A stretch of 64,000 nucleotides of DNA from contig JACRJM010000003.1 of the NCBI GenBank assembly GCA_016219965.1, forward strand, positions 130,299 through 194,298, in the 5' to 3' direction. The notes under the pieces are model-generated. The model searched no databases. It was not told the DNA's origin and saw only the letters and a list, made by a program, of their open reading frames with translations. Every line of letters begins with the position of its first letter. Position 1 is the first letter of the stretch. Shown here one piece after another: positions 57,014 to 64,000 of this stretch. This stretch comes from Candidatus Schekmanbacteria bacterium (GTDB lineage: Bacteria > Schekmanbacteria > GWA2-38-11 > J061). The position numbers were made by a program, and so were the translations under genes.

Positions 57014-59227
57014 TTGACTAAGCAGACAGAGACTACACCGAAGAAGAGAAGGACTATCATAGCGATAGTAAGCTTCGTCCTCCTCTTTGTTGTTCTCCTT
57101 ACAATGGAGATTTCAACGCAGAACATAGCGACGTCATCTCCCATCGCCAACTATGTAATCTTTTATTCCTTTTACAACATTAATTTTATCCTTCTTCTTG
57201 TGCTCTTCTATCTTGTCATAAGAAACCTCGTAAAACTGTATTTTGAGCGGCAGCGGCGTGTACCCGGAGCCAAGTTCAGGACAAAGCTGATAGTTTCCTT
57301 TTTCCTTCTTACCATAATCCCATCGGTGCTGCTCTTCCTGTTTGCCCGGGTCCTGATAGCCCAGACAATAGAATACTGGTTCAGTGTCCCCATAGAGCAG
57401 TCATTGAAAGGGGCAATAGATGTTTCAGACCAGTACAACAAAACCCGCCTTGAGAAGTCGCTGCATTTTTCTTCGCTTATAGGAAAAACCGTAGTACGCA
57501 GGAACCTTCTTGCTCCGCGCAACAACACCCATCTGAAGAATTATCTTAATGCAAAACTCAGGGAGTATGACCTTGACTCTATTTTTATCTACAATGATAA
57601 AGGAAATGAGATAATCCATATAGACACCGGAAAGAAAGGGGAACCCAAACCTGACAAGAAACTCATAGCGCAGTCATTGCTAGGGAAGAAATATACCAAG
57701 GTTGAATCTGACGTTGAAGATGATTCGATTTTTGGGACTTTCACAATGAAGGAGGGGGGGAATAAAACAATCGGCGTGGTGGCTGTAGGCTACTACCTGC
57801 CCAAAAGCACATCACAGGATATAAGGTCTGTTGCCCTTGCTTTCAAAGATTACAGGCAGAAAGAGATATTTAAAAAGCCTATCATGGACAACTACATTGC
57901 CATGTTCGCCATCGTGACTGTGCTCGTCATATTTGCAGCAATGTGGTTCGGGTTCCAGCTTGCAAAGGAGATAACAGTACCCATACAGCAGCTTGCCGAA
58001 GGAACGCATGCGGTCGCAGAAGGGAACCTTGATTTCCATATAGATATCAAAGTCAAGGACAGAAGCCAGGATGAGATAGGAATACTTGTCGATTCCTTCA
58101 ATAAGATGACGCATGATTTAAAGATCCACAAGCTTGAGCTTGAAGACAAGAACATGAGCCTTGAGAATACCAACAGGGAACTTGACAGGAGGAGAAGCTA
58201 CATTGAAACCGTTCTTGAAACAGTAAGCACCGGAGTTATATCACTTGACGCATGGGGAAAGATAACAACCATCAATGATGCGGCAGAAGACATGCTCCAG
58301 ATAAGAGGGGAGGATTATGCCGGCAAACATTACCAGCAGGCTTTCGGGAAATCCCAGCTTGAGCCGCTGAAAAAAGTCATAAACGAGCTTGAGGAAAAAA
58401 GGGACCGAAGCATTCAGCAGGAGATTAACCTTAACATCAATGGCGAAGTTTTCACCTTAATGACAAATATCAGGGAACTTTACGACGGGAATGGCACGCT
58501 GATGGGAATGGTCATGGTGCTCGATAACGTTACTGAACTAGTCCGTGCACAAAGAGTGGCTGCATGGAGGGAGGTCGCAAGGATGATCGCCCATGAGATA
58601 AAGAACCCACTCACCCCGATAAAACTTTCTGCCCAGAGGCTCAAAAAACGTTATTTTCAGAAGATCAGCGGAGACGATGCGGTCTTTGAAGAATGTGTTG
58701 ATACTATCATACAGGAGGTGGATGATTTAAAGGGCATGATTAATGAATTTTCAAATTTTGCACGCATGCCGGTTTTCGACCCTGTAGATACCAATATCGA
58801 GAATGTCATAAATGAAACTATTTCTCTTTACAAAACAAGCATGAAAGATGTTAAAATAGACCTTGTTTCGGGCGGGGAGATGCCTTCGCTGAAACTTGAC
58901 CCTGATCAGATAAAACGTGTATTCATCAACCTTGTCGATAATGCGATTGAGGCAATGGGGGGCAAGGGAGAGATAAAAGTAGCGCTTGAATATTTAAAAG
59001 ATTTGCAGACTGTTAAAATAGAGTTTTCCGACAATGGAGCCGGCATTGCTCCAAACATCAAGGAAAAGATGTTTATGCCCTATTTTTCGACCAAGAAAAA
59101 GGGAACGGGGCTGGGGCTGGCCATAGTGAACACCATAATCTCGGAACACCGGGGTTACATAAGGGTAAAAGACAACAATCCGCGGGGGACGACTTTTGTA
59201 ATTGAGCTCCCCGTGAGAGTAGCTTAA
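57014..59227 (+). CDS. ntrY: NtrY-like membrane sensor histidine kinase (HAMP-PAS-HisKA-HATPase)
   Basis: GAKFRTKL...F...IPS, HAMP, PAS, AQRVAAWREVARMIAHEIKNPLTPIKLSAQRL, NLVDNA, DNGAG, GTGLGL. Confidence 0.9.
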   Translation: MTKQTETTPKKRRTIIAIVSFVLLFVVLLTMEISTQNIATSSPIANYVIFYSFYNINFILLLVLFYLVIRNLVKLYFERQRRVPGAKFRTKLIVSFFLLTIIPSVLLFLFARVLIAQTIEYWFSVPIEQSLKGAIDVSDQYNKTRLEKSLHFSSLIGKTVVRRNLLAPRNNTHLKNYLNAKLREYDLDSIFIYNDKGNEIIHIDTGKKGEPKPDKKLIAQSLLGKKYTKVESDVEDDSIFGTFTMKEGGNKTIGVVAVGYYLPKSTSQDIRSVALAFKDYRQKEIFKKPIMDNYIAMFAIVTVLVIFAAMWFGFQLAKEITVPIQQLAEGTHAVAEGNLDFHIDIKVKDRSQDEIGILVDSFNKMTHDLKIHKLELEDKNMSLENTNRELDRRRSYIETVLETVSTGVISLDAWGKITTINDAAEDMLQIRGEDYAGKHYQQAFGKSQLEPLKKVINELEEKRDRSIQQEINLNINGEVFTLMTNIRELYDGNGTLMGMVMVLDNVTELVRAQRVAAWREVARMIAHEIKNPLTPIKLSAQRLKKRYFQKISGDDAVFEECVDTIIQEVDDLKGMINEFSNFARMPVFDPVDTNIENVINETISLYKTSMKDVKIDLVSGGEMPSLKLDPDQIKRVFINLVDNAIEAMGGKGEIKVALEYLKDLQTVKIEFSDNGAGIAPNIKEKMFMPYFSTKKKGTGLGLAIVNTIISEHRGYIRVKDNNPRGTTFVIELPVRVA

Positions 59228-59241
59228 TAGCGGAGAAAAAA

Positions 59242-61440
59242 GTGAGAAAAGGACACATATTAGTTGTTGATGATGAAAACAACATAGGCACAACCCTTGA
59301 AGGGATTCTTACTGACGAAGGGTATGAAGTGTCGAAGGCTGAAAACGGGCTTCAGGCACTTGACATGATAAAGCGGGTCCCTCCGGATGTGGTATTGCTT
59401 GATATCTGGATGCCGGGAATGGACGGGATAGAAGTCTTAAAAAGCATAAAAGAACATGAGAGCGATACTGAGGTGGTTATAATGTCAGGGCATGGCTCTA
59501 TTGATACCGCCGTAAGGGCCATCAAGCTGGGTGCATTTGATTTCATCGAGAAACCTCTTTCGCTTGACTCCCTGCTTTCTACAATCAACCATGCCCTTGA
59601 AAGACAGAGGACAGCAAAAGAAAGCCAGGAACTTAAAAGAGAACTTCTTCAGCGGTATGAGCTTATAGGTGAGAATCCGAAAATACAGGAGGCACGAAAG
59701 CTTATCAGCGCAGCCGCAATCTCAAATGCAGGGGTATTGATAGAAGGGGAACATGGCACAGGCAAAGAACTTGTGGCAAGGACCATTCATATCAACAGCA
59801 TCAGACGCAACAGGCCTTTTGTAAAAGTAAATTGTGCTGCTCTTCCTGATGATATAATAGGGAATGAAATGTTCGGCTGCGACTCAAACAACGGAGGAGG
59901 AATAAGCAAAAGGGGAAAATTTGAGCTTGCAGAAGACGGCACTCTCTTCCTCGACGGCATAGAAAAGCTGGACATCAATGTTCAGGAGACAATCCTGAAA
60001 GTTCTTCAGACAGGAAAATTCATGCGGATTAACGGGAAGAGGCTTCTCCCTGTCAACTTCAGGATAATAGCTGCAAGCGAAAAGGACATTCAGAAACTGA
60101 TTGAAGAGAACAAATTTTCCAGTGAGCTCTATTCATTCATATCTACCTTTGTCATATATCTGCCCCCCCTGCGCGACAGAAAGGATGACATCCCGTCACT
60201 TGTAAATTACTTTAGCCGCGAGCTTACACAGGATTACGGCAGAGGTGTTAAGGAAATCGACGACAATGCCATGGCAGCCCTTGTGACTTTTGACTGGCCC
60301 GGCAATGTGAAAGAAATCAAGAATATTATCGAGCGTCTGGCAATATCTGTTCCCACAGGGAGGATATCTGCCGACGATATCCCTGTTTCGATCCGCGGAA
60401 TAACGCCAAAGACTTCCCAGTACCAGTACAACGGCTACTCATTGAAAGACGCGAGACAGAAATGGGAAAAGGAATACCTCATTCACTGTCTGACCATGAC
60501 AGGATGGGACCTCAAGAAGACCGCAAAGGAAATGGGAATAACCTGCAAGACCCTTGAGAAGCACATAAAATCCTTCGGTCTTAAAAAACCTAAGAAAGAG
60601 ACAAGCACTGCTGCAAGAATCCAGCGCACACTAAAGACAAGCGTAGTCCTCTGCGGTCAGGGGCTCCATTCCGGACTTAAGACAGGTCTGATACTTGTCC
60701 CCCAGAATCCAAACGCCGGTATCGTATTTGCTAATGTTTCTACCGGAGAAACCATGACAGCAGTTCTTGATAACGTGGAATCAACAGACTATGCCACATC
60801 GTTAAAGTGCGGCAAGTCCCATGTAAAAACAATAGAACATATCATGGCTGTGCTTAATATTTACGGGATAAACAACCTTCTCATAAAGATAACCGACGAG
60901 GTTCCCATAATGGATGGTTCATCCCTTGATTTCTGTGAACTTATTGAGGATGGGGGCATTCTTGAGCAGGATGAGTTTATAGAGGAAATAGTCATAGACA
61001 AGGTCATAGTTCACGGCAAGGAAAGTCCCAAGGAAAAGTATATTAAAATAGAGCCCTGCGATAAGTTTTCCGTGAAGTATATAATGGATTATCCTCCGCC
61101 CATCGGCAAACAGGAAATGGATTATGTTTTCAAGGGGGCCGAGGATTTTAAAAAGAACATTGCCCCTGCCAGAACCTTCGGTTTCCTCAAGGACGTAGAA
61201 TACCTTGAGAAGAAGGGGCTGATCAGCGGAGGAAAGCTTCACAATGTCATCCTCCTTGATAACGAGAAGGTAATAAACACTGAGCTGAGGTTCAAGAATG
61301 AGTTTGCAAGGCACAAGGTGCTCGACATTATCGGCGATTTCTATCTCCTCGGCAGACCGCTAAGGGGCAAAATTACCGCGCACCTTACAGGCCATTCAGA
61401 AAACATAGCTCTTCTTAATAAGATACGTTCTATCTACTGA
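59242..61440 (+). CDS. lpxC: Fusion: NtrX-like REC-AAA+-HTH regulator plus UDP-3-O-acyl-GlcNAc deacetylase (LpxC)
   Basis: REC LLDIWMP, MSGHG; GEHGTGKE; HTH; from about 60622 QRTL...G.GLHSG, TIEHIMA, EVPIMDGSS, ARTFGF, RHKVLDIIGD, GH. Confidence 0.9.
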   Translation: MRKGHILVVDDENNIGTTLEGILTDEGYEVSKAENGLQALDMIKRVPPDVVLLDIWMPGMDGIEVLKSIKEHESDTEVVIMSGHGSIDTAVRAIKLGAFDFIEKPLSLDSLLSTINHALERQRTAKESQELKRELLQRYELIGENPKIQEARKLISAAAISNAGVLIEGEHGTGKELVARTIHINSIRRNRPFVKVNCAALPDDIIGNEMFGCDSNNGGGISKRGKFELAEDGTLFLDGIEKLDINVQETILKVLQTGKFMRINGKRLLPVNFRIIAASEKDIQKLIEENKFSSELYSFISTFVIYLPPLRDRKDDIPSLVNYFSRELTQDYGRGVKEIDDNAMAALVTFDWPGNVKEIKNIIERLAISVPTGRISADDIPVSIRGITPKTSQYQYNGYSLKDARQKWEKEYLIHCLTMTGWDLKKTAKEMGITCKTLEKHIKSFGLKKPKKETSTAARIQRTLKTSVVLCGQGLHSGLKTGLILVPQNPNAGIVFANVSTGETMTAVLDNVESTDYATSLKCGKSHVKTIEHIMAVLNIYGINNLLIKITDEVPIMDGSSLDFCELIEDGGILEQDEFIEEIVIDKVIVHGKESPKEKYIKIEPCDKFSVKYIMDYPPPIGKQEMDYVFKGAEDFKKNIAPARTFGFLKDVEYLEKKGLISGGKLHNVILLDNEKVINTELRFKNEFARHKVLDIIGDFYLLGRPLRGKITAHLTGHSENIALLNKIRSIY

Positions 61441-61473
61441 TACCTTTTATTTTTACTAAGAGTTGGAGTGTAA

Positions 61474-62511
61474 ATGGATAACAAAAAAATAGATTACAGA
61501 TCGTCAGGAGTGAACATAGATGCCGGCAATGAGTTCGTGCGGCGAATAAAGCCGCTTACGAAATCGACTTTTATAGAAGGCGTTGTTTCAGATATCGGGG
61601 GGTTCGGCGGATTTTTCAGGCTCCCCCAGGGATTGAAGAATCCCCTCCTTGTGGCGACTACGGACGGAGTCGGCACAAAGCTCAAGGTTGCCTTTGATGC
61701 AGGAATACATACCACCATCGGAATAGACCTTGTCGCCATGTGCGCAAATGACCTTATAGCCACAGGTGCTACACCTCTTTTCTTCCTTGATTACTTTGCA
61801 ACAGGGGCGCTCACAATAGAGCAGGGAGTCGATGTAGTAAAAGGGATTACCGAGGGGTGCCGCGAAGCCGAGATGGCTCTCATAGGCGGCGAGACCGCTG
61901 AAATGCCGGGTTTTTATAAAAATGGCGAATATGATATTGCAGGATTTGCGGTAGGTGTCGTTGAAGAAGGTAAAGCCCTCCCATCCAAGGACATAAGGAC
62001 AGATGACTGTCTTATTGGAATCGCATCCAACGGACTTCACAGCAACGGCTATTCCCTTGCAAGGAAGTTGTTTTTTGATGAGCTTTTAATGTCTGTAGAA
62101 GACGATTTCCCCGGAGGTCAGGGGCAGTCGGTGGGCAATGTGCTTTTAAGACCTACCCGCATATACGTCAAGCTTATGAAATCCCTTTTAAAATCTTACC
62201 ATATAAAGGCTGTCGCACATATAACAGGCGGAGGATTCATTGACAACATACCGCGCGTGCTTCCGGATATGGCTACTGCCATAATCGAAGAGGGAAGCTG
62301 GGAGATGCCCGATGTTTTCCGCTTCATAGTCGAGACAGGAAAAATAGAGAGGAATGAACTCTACAGGACATTCAATATGGGAATAGGACTTGTCCTTGTG
62401 GTAAGCCGGGAATCCTGTGATGATGTTCTTTCCCTTGTCAAGGCTTGCGGCGACAAGGGGTGGAAAATCGGAAGAATAGAACGAGGGGAAAAAGAAGTAG
62501 TGATAAGATGA
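61474..62511 (+). CDS. purM: Phosphoribosylformylglycinamidine cyclo-ligase
   Basis: GGFGG, DGVGTK, GIDLVAMCAND, GGETAEMPG, HSNGYSL, HITGGG, RTFNMGIG. Confidence 0.97.
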   Translation: MDNKKIDYRSSGVNIDAGNEFVRRIKPLTKSTFIEGVVSDIGGFGGFFRLPQGLKNPLLVATTDGVGTKLKVAFDAGIHTTIGIDLVAMCANDLIATGATPLFFLDYFATGALTIEQGVDVVKGITEGCREAEMALIGGETAEMPGFYKNGEYDIAGFAVGVVEEGKALPSKDIRTDDCLIGIASNGLHSNGYSLARKLFFDELLMSVEDDFPGGQGQSVGNVLLRPTRIYVKLMKSLLKSYHIKAVAHITGGGFIDNIPRVLPDMATAIIEEGSWEMPDVFRFIVETGKIERNELYRTFNMGIGLVLVVSRESCDDVLSLVKACGDKGWKIGRIERGEKEVVIR

Positions 62512-62515
62512 CATT

Positions 62516-63148
62516 ATGAAAAACATCGGCATACTTGTTTCAGGACGCGGGAGCAACCTCCAGGCATTGATTGACTCAATCTCAAAGAGAGAGATAAATG
62601 GCACCATTGCCATAGTTGTCAGCAATATTGAAGATGCGCAGGCCTTGAACCGTGCAGCCTCCGCCGGTATCAGGACAGCCGTAGTTGACCACAGGAAGTT
62701 TAAATCGCGCGAAGATTTTGAGAAGGAACTTATAAGGGTTCTCGATGATTCAAAAGTCGACCTTGTATGCCTTGCAGGTTTCATGCGTGTCCTTACATCC
62801 TTTTTTATAAGGAACTACAGGAACAGAATCATAAATATCCATCCTGCGCTTCTCCCGTCATTCCCAGGTATCCATGCACAGAAGCAGGCTCTGGATTATG
62901 GGGTGAAGGTCAGCGGATGTACTGTCCATTTTGTTGACGAAGGGACCGACACTGGCCCTATCATACTTCAGAAGACTGTACCTGTTTACGATGCGGACGA
63001 TGAAGAGAGCCTTTCAGAGAGGATACTTGCCGAAGAGCATAAACTCTACGTTGAAGCAGTCAAACTTTTCTGCAGTGACAGAATCATTGTGAACGGCCGG
63101 AAAGTTTTCATAAAACAGGATTATGAAGAGGATAAAACCACGAGATAA
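62516..63148 (+). CDS. purN: Phosphoribosylglycinamide formyltransferase
   Basis: SGRGSNLQA, LAGFMR, NIHPALLP, GCTVHFV, DTGPII. Confidence 0.97.
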   Translation: MKNIGILVSGRGSNLQALIDSISKREINGTIAIVVSNIEDAQALNRAASAGIRTAVVDHRKFKSREDFEKELIRVLDDSKVDLVCLAGFMRVLTSFFIRNYRNRIINIHPALLPSFPGIHAQKQALDYGVKVSGCTVHFVDEGTDTGPIILQKTVPVYDADDEESLSERILAEEHKLYVEAVKLFCSDRIIVNGRKVFIKQDYEEDKTTR

Positions 63149-64000
63149 AAGGTACTGCAAAGTTATTGCAGGGCAAATCCGAAGCACTCCCGTTTTCTGG
63201 ATATTACTTTTTATTGCAGCCTTTCCCATAAATTCCTTCTGCGGGGAAACTGCGCCCTCTAAAAACGTCCTTGCTGTTATTGATGGAAAGAATATCAGCG
63301 TATCTGAAGCTGAAAAATACCTGATGCTTCTTCCTGAAGCAGATAGAGTTAAATTCCAGAACAGCAAGATGAAGAATATATTCATCCGTGATTTTATCGA
63401 TACTGAACTTCTCTTCAGGGAAGGGGTTGCTAGGGGAGTTTCAAATGACGAGAGAGTGCGTCTAAGGCTTCAAAGTCTTGAGAGGATACTGGTAAGGGAT
63501 CTTTATATAAACAACTTCATCATGCCAAAGGTGAAAGTGACAGAAGACGATGCTTTTAATTATTATAAATCGCACAAGAATGATTTCGTTGACAGAGGCT
63601 ATGCATTGGCTGAACATATTGCCGTGCTGTCTAAAGAAGAGGCTGAGAGGATTAAAGAGGAAATAAATTCAGGGAAGATTTCATTTGAGGATGCGGTAAA
63701 AAAATATTCCATAGACAAATATACTTCAGGCAATAAAGGGGCACTCCCGCTTATATTAAACGGAAGACCTATTGAGGGATACAGAGATAGCGGCGAGATA
63801 ATAAAACTTGCTTTCTCGGCAAAGGTCGGGACTGTGGCAGGTCCTGTAAAGAGCCTGATGGGGTGGCATATTCTACGCATAAAATCTAGGAAGGATGATA
63901 TGCCTCGTGCTTATGATACAGTAAAAGGGGAAGTGAAAAATATGGTAACCAAAGAAAAACTGGTAAAGGCTCTGGATGAGGAAATAGATAAGCTCAAAAA
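63123..64000 (+). CDS. PpiC/PrsA-type peptidyl-prolyl isomerase (foldase), 3'-truncated by the window end
   Basis: Open frame from ATG 63123 to the end: signal/TM, VLAVIDGKNI, AEHIAV, SFEDAVKKYS.D, GPVKSLMGWHILR. Absent from the ORF track because no stop is reached. Confidence 0.85.
   Translation, partial: MKRIKPRDKRYCKVIAGQIRSTPVFWILLFIAAFPINSFCGETAPSKNVLAVIDGKNISVSEAEKYLMLLPEADRVKFQNSKMKNIFIRDFIDTELLFREGVARGVSNDERVRLRLQSLERILVRDLYINNFIMPKVKVTEDDAFNYYKSHKNDFVDRGYALAEHIAVLSKEEAERIKEEINSGKISFEDAVKKYSIDKYTSGNKGALPLILNGRPIEGYRDSGEIIKLAFSAKVGTVAGPVKSLMGWHILRIKSRKDDMPRAYDTVKGEVKNMVTKEKLVKALDEEIDKLK

Noticed and set aside
59660-60350. NtrX AAA+ domain as the activator of the two sigma54 promoters
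   Set aside because: It lacks GAFTGA and has degenerate Walker B and arginine-finger motifs.
1-64000. Genomic island boundary suggested by the more AT-rich left part versus the more GC-rich right part
   Set aside because: A visual impression only, not computed; no integrase, tRNA or flanking direct repeats were found.

Overview
AT-rich, gene-dense chromosomal window from a Gram-negative bacterium, probably anaerobic (lpxC, AOR, sigma54 promoters). No rRNA, tRNA, transposase, integrase or CRISPR array was seen. From left to right it holds: the 3' end of an aldehyde:ferredoxin oxidoreductase operon (AOR, MoaD, FrhB-like Fe-S protein, atypical SDR); ArnT/TPR/VanZ; a 12-kb sigma54-driven chemosensory operon (cheY, cheX, cheC-REC, dual-Hpt cheA, cheW, heme-c/CZB MCP, cheR, cheD, cheY, cheX, cheB, HDOD); a convergent sigma54-driven operon of three radical SAM genes, one a B12-rSAM/GT2 fusion; Rrf2; a surface-glycan block (GT2, GT4, GT-C, deacetylases) interrupted by a CHASE4 hybrid kinase; an unannotated 54-aa Cys-rich ORF coupled to an AmrS-type radical SAM gene; AKR; Crp; a c-di-GMP-I riboswitch controlling a secreted acidic protein; ald-like/CoA-transferase/DUF3343; a three-unit hairpin array; TldD-like, degenerate GGDEF, dacB, UbiB and rnr genes; and a DUF2889-dprA-ntrY-[ntrX::lpxC]-purM-purN-PPIase operon. 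The best candidate for an undescribed system is the in-frame fusion of an NtrX-like response regulator (degenerate AAA+ domain) to an intact-looking LpxC, directly behind its NtrY-like kinase, which suggests phosphorylation-linked control of lipid A synthesis. All calls come from reading motifs by eye; no database searches were run.
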